A stretch of 58,761 nucleotides of DNA from an uncultured virus (IMG/VR IMGVR_UViG_3300031612_000001) (lineage: Duplodnaviria; Heunggongvirae; Uroviricota; Caudoviricetes), in the IMG/VR virus record IMGVR_UViG_3300031612_000001; one strand, given 5' to 3'. Shown here piece by piece: positions 27,807 through 36,575 of the stretch (position 1 is its first letter; each line of letters opens with the position of its first letter). Both the position numbers and the translations under genes were made by a program. Under the pieces are notes generated by a model. That model made no database searches. It worked only from the letters and a program-made list of their open reading frames with translations, and had not been told where the DNA came from.

Positions 27807-28076
27807 ATGAAAAAAGTGATAAATATGATAGGCCAGATCGATAACATGGCAGACCTTAACGCAGTGATTCAAGCTGTAAAATTTCAACAATCAGTGCTTA
27901 GAAATCAAGCCGCTAGACAAGCCAAGGCTATGTTTACAGTTGGTGATAACGTTTCCTTTAATGGAAGACGTGGATTTATGACTGGCAAGATCTTAAAGAT
28001 CAAAGTCAAAAAAGCAATCATAAGCATCGATGGCCAACGCTGGGATGTTCCGTTAACAATGTTGGAGGCAGCGTAA
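27807..28076 (+). CDS. Hypothetical early protein (SH3-like C-terminus)
   Basis: SD GGAG; FTVGDNVSF..G.I.KI..K.A....W.VP. Confidence 0.6.
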   Translation: MKKVINMIGQIDNMADLNAVIQAVKFQQSVLRNQAARQAKAMFTVGDNVSFNGRRGFMTGKILKIKVKKAIISIDGQRWDVPLTMLEAA

Positions 28077-28546
28077 TGAAAAAATTAGTAGTGCAAACTC
28101 AGTACCTCGAGAACTACGGTTCTAGAGAAAATCCTTACATGAAATTTAAGGGTGGTTCTACATATGTAATGCCAAACTGTGGTGAGATAGAGCGTAATGA
28201 AATCGCTACTCTTGTAGCACAGATTAAGCCTTACATCTGCACCGACTTTAAACAGTCAAACGGTGGCATGGATGAGTACATCACTGATGTCTCAGTAGAG
28301 CTTCACCAAGCAAAAGTTTGTGAAGATTGGGAAAGTGTAACTCAGTTCAACATCGTTGGCGGCAACATTAACTTCTTAAAAGTTACTGATAACCGTGATG
28401 ACGGTTGGATGAAAGCTGGAATACTAGAGAAGACTGAATCATGGAGTAATGATCGTGAAAACTATAAGGCTGAATACCTTATGGATGACGGTGACTTTGT
28501 CCTAGAGAAAGATCTTAACGAATGGTTTAAGGAAAACGAGGAATAG
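28076..28546 (+). CDS. Hypothetical early protein
   Basis: TQY.ENYG..KFKGG.TY motif. Confidence 0.6.
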   Translation: MKKLVVQTQYLENYGSRENPYMKFKGGSTYVMPNCGEIERNEIATLVAQIKPYICTDFKQSNGGMDEYITDVSVELHQAKVCEDWESVTQFNIVGGNINFLKVTDNRDDGWMKAGILEKTESWSNDRENYKAEYLMDDGDFVLEKDLNEWFKENEE

Positions 28547-28549
28547 ATT

Positions 28550-28903
28550 ATGAATATGAATGAAATGAAAGTAGAATTAGAAAGACTAGAAAGCCTTAAG
28601 TACGATCTTAAGTCTTTGGTCAGTACAGTGAATAACACAACTAGGGATATCAAATATAACGATGCTCCTATGGCGATTTACACTCAAATCGAAAGCTTAG
28701 CTGAAGACAATGATATTGATATATCATACGAAGTAGCTCAAGTAAGAAATGCAGTGAATGATCTTGAATCAGCTATATATGACTTAGTTAGTCCTTTCGA
28801 AGATAAAGCAAGAGATGCTGAAAATGATTTTGATGATCTTGATTGCACTATATCTGATAACATCTATTGGGAAAAATACCCTAAAGAAGAGGACGCAGCT
28901 TGA
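28550..28903 (+). CDS. Acidic coiled-coil hypothetical protein
   Basis: ORF with SD GAGGA. Confidence 0.55.
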   Translation: MNMNEMKVELERLESLKYDLKSLVSTVNNTTRDIKYNDAPMAIYTQIESLAEDNDIDISYEVAQVRNAVNDLESAIYDLVSPFEDKARDAENDFDDLDCTISDNIYWEKYPKEEDAA

Positions 28904-29205
28904 ATATGATTGGCTCACTTCGTTACAGCCCGTGTGGTCGTAAGCGTAAAAGTAAAGCTCTCGCACCCGTGCGTAGATCTAAAGAATTATTTGTCCCATA
29001 TAAACCTGTTAAGAGTTTAAGACAAATAGAAATTGAAGCACACAATGCAAAATATCCATCTTACAGTGGTCCTGCAAAGTATGTGCCGGCTGAAGATCAG
29101 TCATACAAAATAGAAGCTTCCAAGGGTTATACCTTAGCACCTGCATACAACAAGGGTGCTTATCAAGTAGTCCCTCGTAGTGAAGTAGAGTACATAGGAA
29201 AATAA
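28900..29205 (+). CDS. Conserved phage hypothetical protein
   Basis: APAYNKGAYQVV motif. Confidence 0.6.
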   Translation: MNMIGSLRYSPCGRKRKSKALAPVRRSKELFVPYKPVKSLRQIEIEAHNAKYPSYSGPAKYVPAEDQSYKIEASKGYTLAPAYNKGAYQVVPRSEVEYIGK

Positions 29206-29206
29206 C

Positions 29207-29368
29207 ATGGATTTTGAAACAATAATCGTTATCTTTATTACAATCTGCGCAGGTGGGTTTGCATTAATGACATCTATCATGATTGCTGAAGACAAAGAAC
29301 AAGCTAGAATAAGGAAGCTTGAAGCAATTATGCATGAACATAATGCTGAAATAAATGAAAATAAGTGA
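29207..29368 (+). CDS. Small membrane protein, 53 aa (not in ORF track)
   Basis: SD AGGA; N-terminal TM. Confidence 0.5.
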   Translation: MDFETIIVIFITICAGGFALMTSIMIAEDKEQARIRKLEAIMHEHNAEINENK

Positions 29369-29406
29369 AAATAAACCTTTACATTTGCTTAGAACTATGG
29401 TATAAT
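29349..29406 (+). promoter_or_regulatory. Early promoter with AAATAA repeats
   Basis: AAATAA x3, TTTACA-N17-TATAAT; spacer nearly identical to the 27746 promoter. Confidence 0.8.
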
Positions 29407-29448
29407 ATACCTATATTAAAAAATAATAATAGATAAGGAGTCTACATT

Positions 29449-29754
29449 ATGAATAGATTAGAAATGATCAAAATGGCAGCTGAAAAAGCTCAAGCCAAAA
29501 AACAAGAGGAAATTAATTTTCAAGCCTCTATAATCAAATTGGATAATCGCAAGAAAGCTCTTAAAGAAGAAATGAAACTTCACAAAAAGCTTACTGCATC
29601 AGTCAAGAAAGCTGGACACCAAGCAGTTGGTTCTCTAGATCTTAATTCACCAGAAAACATGTACTACTCTGAAAAAGATACCAAAAGGTTCTTAGAGAAT
29701 AGTTCTATAATGGATGCATACAACGCAAGTGGTATGGATCAGGAGTGGAACTAA
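29449..29754 (+). CDS. Hypothetical early protein
   Basis: SD TAAGGAG. Confidence 0.6.
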   Translation: MNRLEMIKMAAEKAQAKKQEEINFQASIIKLDNRKKALKEEMKLHKKLTASVKKAGHQAVGSLDLNSPENMYYSEKDTKRFLENSSIMDAYNASGMDQEWN

Positions 29755-29756
29755 GA

Positions 29757-29929
29757 TGGAAGTAAACAACATCGCCGCTTTATTAGAAGCTATCGTCGTA
29801 ACGCTTGATGGAGTTACTAATCAATTAGCTGATCTCCAATCAACCGTCGATTCGATGGAAGGCAGAGTTAGCGATATAGATGCAAGTGTATCTAACGTAC
29901 AATCTGATATAAGTTCACTGGAGAGATAA
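29757..29929 (+). CDS. Small coiled-coil protein
   Basis: Regular V/L/I heptads; start reassigned. Confidence 0.5.
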
Positions 29930-29930
29930 T

Positions 29931-30251
29931 ATGAGTCATACAAGTAATAGTTATGTAATGACAGCACACACTGCAAGCGCAGGTGATATGTTAGAACTTG
30001 AAACCATTAGGACAACCATTAAAGCCATAAATAAAATGGCTGCAGTGAATGATAAAATGAATAATTATAGATTTCAAAGCGGTTGGACTACTGAGATCGA
30101 GCCAAAGAATAAAAGATATAGAGTTAAGTGCCAAGGACGAGGTCCTAGGACTGCTGCAGCACTAGCTGATGGTCGTCACCCAAGAGGGTATGACCAGTCA
30201 TTACCACTCAAGCACGCTGAAAGGTTGGATGTATATGTCTACATGGTATAA
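29931..30251 (+). CDS. Hypothetical protein
   Basis: RYRVK.QGRGPR..A.R.DVYVY motif; SD GGAG. Confidence 0.6.
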   Translation: MSHTSNSYVMTAHTASAGDMLELETIRTTIKAINKMAAVNDKMNNYRFQSGWTTEIEPKNKRYRVKCQGRGPRTAAALADGRHPRGYDQSLPLKHAERLDVYVYMV

Positions 30252-30417
30252 TTGGGAAGAAGAAATGAACAACGTAACACGTAGAGCTATAGCTCTTAAG
30301 AACGCTAGAGATAACGCACAGAATACTGAATTCAAACAGATGTGGAATCAAAAGCTTAAAGAATTAATCACACAAGCAGAACTTGGTATGAAAATACCTG
30401 GTGTGAGTATACACTAA
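30235..30417 (+). CDS. Small hypothetical protein
   Basis: A...EFK.MW..K motif; start uncertain. Confidence 0.5.
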   Translation: MSTWYNWEEEMNNVTRRAIALKNARDNAQNTEFKQMWNQKLKELITQAELGMKIPGVSIH

Positions 30418-30686
30418 TGAGTGAATACGATAGCGTGGTAGAAAGACAACGACTTTTAATAGAAGCCGAAAAATGGGCATCAGGAGTTAGATCTCTACAC
30501 GCTCATCAATTAAACTCTATGGCATATGATGATAGACCACAAGACACAGAAGATGGTGGCGTCCAAGACATAGAATATAACAACGGCCTAATCGTTAGGT
30601 CAAAAGACGGAAAAGTAATTCACACCTTTGGAGAAAAGTTGGAAGGTGAATCACTATTACAAGCTTATACCAGAGGTAGAGCTTAA
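30417..30686 (+). CDS. Hypothetical protein
   Basis: Coupled ORF. Confidence 0.55.
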   Translation: MSEYDSVVERQRLLIEAEKWASGVRSLHAHQLNSMAYDDRPQDTEDGGVQDIEYNNGLIVRSKDGKVIHTFGEKLEGESLLQAYTRGRA

Positions 30687-30692
30687 GATCAA

Positions 30693-30756
30693 TGGCCCTC
30701 ACTCCCTAAATTAACTCCTTATCACAACGCGGGGATAAAGTGAGGGCCACCTTTTT
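30693..30756 (+). terminator. Terminator-like stem enclosing a 35-nt interior (possible sRNA)
   Basis: TGGCCCTCACT/AGTGAGGGCCA 11-bp stem, then CCTTTTT. Confidence 0.55.
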
Positions 30757-30771
30757 AATTTAAAATAACAG

Positions 30772-30800
30772 TGTACATTTATAAGAAAGTATGTTATAAT
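30772..30800 (+). promoter_or_regulatory. Sigma70-like early promoter
   Basis: TGTACA-N17-TATAAT. Confidence 0.75.
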
Positions 30801-30832
30801 AGATTATATCAACAAAACAATAGGAGTTAAAT

Positions 30833-31993
30833 ATGGTAGCAAAAAAGAAAAGAAGAGGTCCAAGTTTAGAGGACAAATATCTAGGACCTGAGCCTAATTA
30901 TCACGGAGCAGTAATAGCTGATAAGAAGCTTACTACCGAATATTCACAAGGCTCACATTGGTATAACTACTTCCACACAACAAAAACTAACTTACCGTTC
31001 ATCTTAGAATATTGCACTAAGCAATTAAACTATTCTGAAGATGACATTAGAGCACTGAAGAAGTTGCCTGATTGGAAGGTAGCAGCTGGCGTAGGAATTA
31101 ATATTCGTATGTACAATGCTGGATTTCCATTAGAAAGAATGCATGTTGATGATGTAAAAGGTAACTACCTTGCAAGGATTAAAACTTCATTAGACGCAGT
31201 TCTAGTTGAAGGTTATAAGATAAAAGAAGATCTAAAGCATGTACCAAAGCCAGTTGTTATTCCTATTCAAGAAAGAATGCGTGCTAAAGTCATGCAAACA
31301 ATGTACGCCGAATGGGATGAGATGGTTGTTGATAAATGGATAGATGGTGAGTTTGATGATATTAGATTTCCTACCTATAGTTTATTACAACTACATAAGA
31401 TCAAAGGTGCAGCAGTTAACATGTTTGCCACTTATGTACAGTTCGAATATGATCTAGTCAGTGATGCTTATAACAAAAATTGTGAACAAGCTGAAGAGGC
31501 ATACTCTCATATTAAGAAGAGTAACCTTAAGAAGATGATGAATACTATGGATAAGATCTTCGCAGACATTCAGAGATTAAAAGATAATAATAAGGCAACA
31601 AGAATACCAAAGGCTAAAATGCCTAAAGCTTCTGATGCACAGATTAAGAACTTGCAATACATGGAAAGAGATGATGCCGCCAAATTAGTGTCAGTCAATC
31701 CAATCATGATTCCTAAGAGGAATAAACTCTACGTATATAATACTAAGAACAAGCAATTGACTAAGTATTACAATGACACTTCAGGCGGGTTTGAAGTAAG
31801 AGGTTCAACAGTATATAATTGGGATGATAAAGAATCCATGTGTACTACATTGAGGAAACCAGATGATGTGTTACCTCAGATTTTAACTAAAACTGAAAAG
31901 CAAATAGATAAAATCCTATCGGCTTTAACTACCAAGGTCAAAAAACCTAGCGGTAGGATTAATAAGGATTGCATCTTATTAAGAGTTTTATAA
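30833..31993 (+). CDS. Conserved T4-like hypothetical protein upstream of gp33
   Basis: EAYSH, SVNP..I, YNTKNK.L..Y, TLRKP, GRIN...ILLRV. Confidence 0.7.
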   Translation: MVAKKKRRGPSLEDKYLGPEPNYHGAVIADKKLTTEYSQGSHWYNYFHTTKTNLPFILEYCTKQLNYSEDDIRALKKLPDWKVAAGVGINIRMYNAGFPLERMHVDDVKGNYLARIKTSLDAVLVEGYKIKEDLKHVPKPVVIPIQERMRAKVMQTMYAEWDEMVVDKWIDGEFDDIRFPTYSLLQLHKIKGAAVNMFATYVQFEYDLVSDAYNKNCEQAEEAYSHIKKSNLKKMMNTMDKIFADIQRLKDNNKATRIPKAKMPKASDAQIKNLQYMERDDAAKLVSVNPIMIPKRNKLYVYNTKNKQLTKYYNDTSGGFEVRGSTVYNWDDKESMCTTLRKPDDVLPQILTKTEKQIDKILSALTTKVKKPSGRINKDCILLRVL

Positions 31994-32007
31994 CTCAACT
32001 AATAATT

Positions 32008-32247
32008 ATGGAAGAACTAGAACATAAAATAATGACCAAGAAAAGATTCACTCAAGCAATAGAAGCGTGTGTAGTCAAAAACAAAATGAGCTATATCGAT
32101 GCAATGACTTACATCATTGAATTAAGAGGTATGGATTATAGGAACGTTAAGAAACTACTATCGGATTCTATTAAAGAGAAGTTAACAGTGGAAGCTACTA
32201 ACTTGAATCTTATTCGCGGAAAGAAGAAAAATACTTTACCAATCTAA
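32008..32247 (+). CDS. gp33: Late transcription coactivator gp33
   Basis: F...IE..V....SYIDA......L....KEKL..EA..LN; synteny with dsbA-59-32. Confidence 0.85.
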   Translation: MEELEHKIMTKKRFTQAIEACVVKNKMSYIDAMTYIIELRGMDYRNVKKLLSDSIKEKLTVEATNLNLIRGKKKNTLPI

Positions 32248-32258
32248 AGGAGAACAAT

Positions 32259-32519
32259 ATGAGTACAGTAATTATACCGTCAAGTGACGCAGACAAAAAA
32301 CGCATCAAAGGATGCATCGAAGAGATTTCAATGTCGATGTCTCGCATGGCAGCTGAACGAGAGTTCATTAAAGAAGCTATTGAATCATGCGCAGATGATG
32401 TAGAAGTCAATAAGAAGCATCTTCGTAAGATGGCCAACATACACCATAAGCAAAACTTAAGTGAAGTGGTCGGTGAGATAGAAGATGTTGAAGCTCTATA
32501 TGAAGGGGTCATGGTCTAG
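32259..32519 (+). CDS. dsbA: T4 DsbA-like dsDNA-binding protein
   Basis: I.E.S..M....AE...IKE...K.LRKMA..HHKQ; synteny. Confidence 0.75.
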   Translation: MSTVIIPSSDADKKRIKGCIEEISMSMSRMAAEREFIKEAIESCADDVEVNKKHLRKMANIHHKQNLSEVVGEIEDVEALYEGVMV

Positions 32520-33094
32520 TGACTGACCCTTTTGAATCATACAAACTATATAATGCTCTTAAGTTACATTTTGAGCAAGATAGTTATGACGCAGTTAAGT
32601 ATAACTTTAAAAGTAATGTTACACCTAACTCATTTTTCAAAAGGAAAGACAAGTACTTCTTTGCAAAACTAGCAAAGAATCATAAAGATTTATTAAACTA
32701 TTATGTATTCAATTTCGTTGAAGATGTAAAGTATATTGCGGACATGGAAGAACGTCACTATACTAAACATAAGAAAGTCCACGATGCACTATCAAGGACG
32801 TTTGAAACAGATATAAATAGATTAGTAGATAATTCTTTTGATGATTTATTAACTGCTGGGAGTAACAACCAAGCACCAAAGATCATAGAAAAGTGGATGC
32901 ATGAAGAGATATCATTGGAAACATTAGTAATCTTTAATGCATTAACCAACTTTGTTAGTAGGGAAGGAAGCAAGATAACCGAAACAATATTTTGGCCAGA
33001 CGTTTCTAGAAAAATAATAAAGTATGGTCCGTTCGTTAAATTCGATAGGACAAAATATATTAATATATTAAAAAAAGCCTTTACATTGGCATGA
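32519..33094 (+). CDS. gp59: Helicase loader gp59
   Basis: YK.Y.ALKLHF...YD..KYN, F.KRKDKYFF.KL, ISLETL. Confidence 0.88.
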   Translation: MTDPFESYKLYNALKLHFEQDSYDAVKYNFKSNVTPNSFFKRKDKYFFAKLAKNHKDLLNYYVFNFVEDVKYIADMEERHYTKHKKVHDALSRTFETDINRLVDNSFDDLLTAGSNNQAPKIIEKWMHEEISLETLVIFNALTNFVSREGSKITETIFWPDVSRKIIKYGPFVKFDRTKYINILKKAFTLA

Positions 33095-33108
33095 TAATAT
33101 GTTATAAT
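33080..33108 (+). promoter_or_regulatory. Sigma70-like promoter for gene 32
   Basis: TTTACA-N17-TATAAT. Confidence 0.7.
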
Positions 33109-33190
33109 AGATCTATATTATGAATACAGTGAAATACAACAGAAAAGACGAAAGTCTTAATACAACGCAATACAATGGAGAAAACATACA

Positions 33191-34081
33191 ATGTCATTTG
33201 CAAACTTAAAGAGCACACGAGGCTCGTCTATCGACAAACTCGTACAGGCTGCGGAAGCAGTTACCACAAAAGCAGAAACAAAGTCCTACGCGGACGATCG
33301 TTTTTGGAAACCTACTCAAGATAAAGCTGGTAATGGTTATGCCGTTATTAGATTCTTGCCTGCGAAAGAAGGTGAAGATCTACCTTGGGTACGATACTGG
33401 GACCATGGGTTCAAAGGACCTACTGGTATGTGGTATATCGAAAATAGTTTAACTTCAGTCAATGAAGCAGATCCAGTAAGTGAGATGAACACCTTGCTTT
33501 GGAATTCTGGTCGTGACGAAGATAAGCAAACTGCTAGAGATAGAAAAAGACGTTTACATTATGTGTCTAACGTGTTAGTGGTATCTGATTCGGCTAATCC
33601 AGAAAATGAAGGTAAAGTTTATCTTTATAAATTTGGTAAGAAGATCTTTGATAAAATTATGGATGTTATGCAACCACAATTTGCTGATGAAGCTCCAGTC
33701 AATCCTTATGATTTTTGGGAAGGCGCAGACTTCAAAATCAAAATCAGAAAGGTTGAAGGTTGGACTAACTATGATAAGTCTGAGTTCTCAAATCCAGCAC
33801 CATTGATGAACGGCGAAGAAGAAGCATTGGAAGGTGTATATAATAAACTATATGCGCTCAGTGATTTTACTAAAGCTGAAAACTATAAATCTTATGTTGA
33901 ATTGAAAGCTAAGCTTAATAGAGTATTAGGTGTAGATGCAGGAACCACTATGGCTCCTGAGGATATGCAATATGCTCCAGCACCAAGTGAAGTAGTAGCG
34001 GAACCAGTAATGGCCGAAGCTTCTGCGGATGATGGTGATGATACATTAAGTTACTTTGCTAAATTAGCACAAGATAATTAA
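33191..34081 (+). CDS. gp32: Single-stranded DNA-binding protein gp32
   Basis: DDRFWKP..DKAGNGYAVIRFLP, YIENSL, FGKKIFDKI, NYDKSEF, acidic tail ..LSYFAKLA. Confidence 0.96.
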   Translation: MSFANLKSTRGSSIDKLVQAAEAVTTKAETKSYADDRFWKPTQDKAGNGYAVIRFLPAKEGEDLPWVRYWDHGFKGPTGMWYIENSLTSVNEADPVSEMNTLLWNSGRDEDKQTARDRKRRLHYVSNVLVVSDSANPENEGKVYLYKFGKKIFDKIMDVMQPQFADEAPVNPYDFWEGADFKIKIRKVEGWTNYDKSEFSNPAPLMNGEEEALEGVYNKLYALSDFTKAENYKSYVELKAKLNRVLGVDAGTTMAPEDMQYAPAPSEVVAEPVMAEASADDGDDTLSYFAKLAQDN

Positions 34082-34182
34082 TATCATTCCCGTACGGTCG
34101 TAGGGTAAAAAAGAGTCGATTGGCGTCCTTCCGCTAGAGTAAAGAGTTCCGTACCTTACTTACAATAGTAAATTGCTAGAAG

Positions 34183-34209
34183 AGCCTCACTGCAGTGGGG
34201 CTTTTTTTT
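34183..34209 (+). terminator. Intrinsic terminator at convergent junction
   Basis: AGCCTCAC-TGCA-GTGGGGCT followed by T run. Confidence 0.8.
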
Positions 34210-36007
34210 ATTCGAAGATTGTAGAATTACCACTTGTTCTTGGAGCTGATGATCTGTTATCAAATCCTGTAACTAGATTAGTAGTAGTTGATCTATTACC
34301 TTGGTTATTAGTAACAGCTGTCACTACTTCAATAGCTCCAGCCTGATTCTGAGCAGTAGCTGATCTACGATTTTCAGTAGACATTACATCTATTTCTGAT
34401 CCATCTACCACTCCATTTACTTTGATCTTTGGCATTACTAGATCTTCTCCAGTATCTACATTGATTCCAACGTACTTAAATGCACCTAGTTTGCTAGCTC
34501 CTTTAGTAGCTAACCCTTTGGCGAATGCCGCTAATGGACTATCACTCTCATCAGGAAGGAATGATTTTAGTATAGGCTTAAGAACCATTTTGAGTAGACT
34601 ATCTAATCCTCCGACTATGCCCTTAGAAAAGAAACCTGCAATTTTAGACTTTGTTAACATATTAACAAAGAAGTCAATGATTTTAACAACTAGACTTTGG
34701 AATCCATCGACTACTTTTCCAATCATATCTGAAAAACTAAATCCTTGGATTTGCTCTCCTACATCTTCCTTACCAAATTTCTTAAATATCCAACCTACAG
34801 CATCTTTTAACATATCTAATGGTATACCAACAATACCTACTAAGATCCCTTTAAGTGCACCAAACATACCAGATACAAATTTGTTTCCAGCTGCATCGTT
34901 CTTTACACCGTCAATAGCTCCTTTTATACCATCGAACACACCCATTATAATAGTAAGAGGAAAGAATAACTTACCAAATAACCTACCAATTGGTGCAAAC
35001 ACTTTAAACGCGAATTTAAAGAATGTACTTAATGGTCTAAAGAATCCCTTTGCTATTAAGCCAAAAGAACCTACAGCTTTCTTAGTACCAGTTAATGTTT
35101 TAACTACTCCAGCTATAGGTTTAAATGCTTCTTTGAATCCATTGATAATAAAACGAAACGGCCTCATTACAGTATTAACAACCTTGGATACCATTCTGCC
35201 ACCATTTGCAAAGGATGACTTCAAGTTTCCAAAGGAGGCTTTAAGTGATGACGCTAGTTGTTGTGCTGAAAGGATTAGTAATTGGCCTGTAAATTTCAAA
35301 CTAAAGAAAATATCTTTGGCCACTTTGATTGATTTTGCAAAAAAGGTACTAGTTTTCTGTACAACCTTTAAGTTTTTAATTGATCCTGTAATACCACCGA
35401 AAACTCTTCGGAATATCGTTCCCATTAGCTTTATAGCTTTAGCCCATAATGGCAGTTTCTGCCATTGGCCATTAACGGCTCTAAAAGTCTTTATCTGTCC
35501 TGAGAATAAACCACCAAATAATTTGGCAAAATTCTTTATCTTGGTAACACCTCTAAAGAGAAGCAGACCTGCAGATTTAATTGAATCACCAATACCTAAA
35601 ACAAACCCAACAGTTAAGCCTGCAACAATACCTGCAAGACCACCAACGATTGCTAGGGCTTTACCGAACCATCCCTTTGGCGCATCAGGGATTATTAATT
35701 CTTTCTCAAGAAGCTTACCTAATAATTCATTAGTTTTATCAGTTCTAGCAATACCTTCTTTATTGACCTCGAGCTCTTTAAGTTTATTGCCAGACATAGC
35801 ACCACCTAGAATGTCTAGCTTTTTATTAGCTGACAGTCCAAATTTGTGTATACTCTTAACAACTTTCTGAAGTGAATTGTTTATATCTGTAGAATTAACT
35901 TCTATTCCAGATTTAAGCCTATCCGTTATCTCAGAAATTCCATTACCGCGATCTCTAGTCTGAGGTGCGCTTTTTGGATCTAAACTATTATCTTGCTCAT
36001 GAGCCAT
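34208..36007 (-). CDS. Tape measure / baseplate hub protein (gp29-like)
   Basis: Long amphipathic G/F/K-rich helical repeats; position after gp26/gp51. Confidence 0.65.
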   Translation of the reverse strand: MAHEQDNSLDPKSAPQTRDRGNGISEITDRLKSGIEVNSTDINNSLQKVVKSIHKFGLSANKKLDILGGAMSGNKLKELEVNKEGIARTDKTNELLGKLLEKELIIPDAPKGWFGKALAIVGGLAGIVAGLTVGFVLGIGDSIKSAGLLLFRGVTKIKNFAKLFGGLFSGQIKTFRAVNGQWQKLPLWAKAIKLMGTIFRRVFGGITGSIKNLKVVQKTSTFFAKSIKVAKDIFFSLKFTGQLLILSAQQLASSLKASFGNLKSSFANGGRMVSKVVNTVMRPFRFIINGFKEAFKPIAGVVKTLTGTKKAVGSFGLIAKGFFRPLSTFFKFAFKVFAPIGRLFGKLFFPLTIIMGVFDGIKGAIDGVKNDAAGNKFVSGMFGALKGILVGIVGIPLDMLKDAVGWIFKKFGKEDVGEQIQGFSFSDMIGKVVDGFQSLVVKIIDFFVNMLTKSKIAGFFSKGIVGGLDSLLKMVLKPILKSFLPDESDSPLAAFAKGLATKGASKLGAFKYVGINVDTGEDLVMPKIKVNGVVDGSEIDVMSTENRRSATAQNQAGAIEVVTAVTNNQGNRSTTTNLVTGFDNRSSAPRTSGNSTIFE

Positions 36008-36016
36008 GGTTTATAC

Positions 36017-36391
36017 CTATTTACTTCCGTTGATTTTATCTTTAGCAGTTCCGGCATATAGACCAAACCAAGCAGCACCAGCACCGACTACGATACTAAT
36101 TAAACCTGACTGTTCCATTGTAGGTACTTCTAATTCCATAAACCAAAAAGTACAGTAATATAATAGATAGATGTATACACTTAAGAATGCCCTAGGGAAT
36201 ATTCTCCATGCATCTATCATATTAGATAACCATATCCATTTTTGCCATGGATTTTCTGGTTCTTGTTCTGATTTCATTTGTAGAATCTCAGCCTTTAAGC
36301 TTCCATTCTCTGTTACTAGTTCCATGAATTTATTAAGATCGATCTCGACCTCATTTCTACTCATATCTCCTGCGAATTTTTCATTGCTCAT
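36017..36391 (-). CDS. Two-TM membrane protein (holin-like)
   Basis: DAWRIFPR, two TM helices, GAGAAWFGLY. Confidence 0.55.
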   Translation of the reverse strand: MSNEKFAGDMSRNEVEIDLNKFMELVTENGSLKAEILQMKSEQEPENPWQKWIWLSNMIDAWRIFPRAFLSVYIYLLYYCTFWFMELEVPTMEQSGLISIVVGAGAAWFGLYAGTAKDKINGSK

Positions 36392-36528
36392 TTCATTTTC
36401 CTTTCTTGTTCAGCATTACGCTTGTTTTCTTCCTTAACATGCTCACTAAGTAGAGTAACATAAATCTCCCTCTCCCATGGTAACATATTATCTAATTCAG
36501 TTAAACTATATTGATGATGTTGCATCAT
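36388..36528 (-). CDS. gp51: gp51-like baseplate hub assembly protein (not in ORF track; frame extends to about 36588)
   Basis: MMQHHQYSLTELDNMLPWEREIYVTLL; upstream in-frame LSHDTLVNHYKTNFA has no start codon. Confidence 0.8.
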   Translation of the reverse strand: MMQHHQYSLTELDNMLPWEREIYVTLLSEHVKEENKRNAEQERKMK

Positions 36529-36575
36529 CGCAAAGTTCGTTTTATAATGATTAACTAGAGTGTCATGAGAGAGGC

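Noticed and set aside
34422..35870. 482-aa plus-strand ORF
   Set aside because: Antisense shadow of the tape-measure-like gene; P/L/I/N-rich composition mirrors its codons; TTG start, no RBS, lies behind a terminator.
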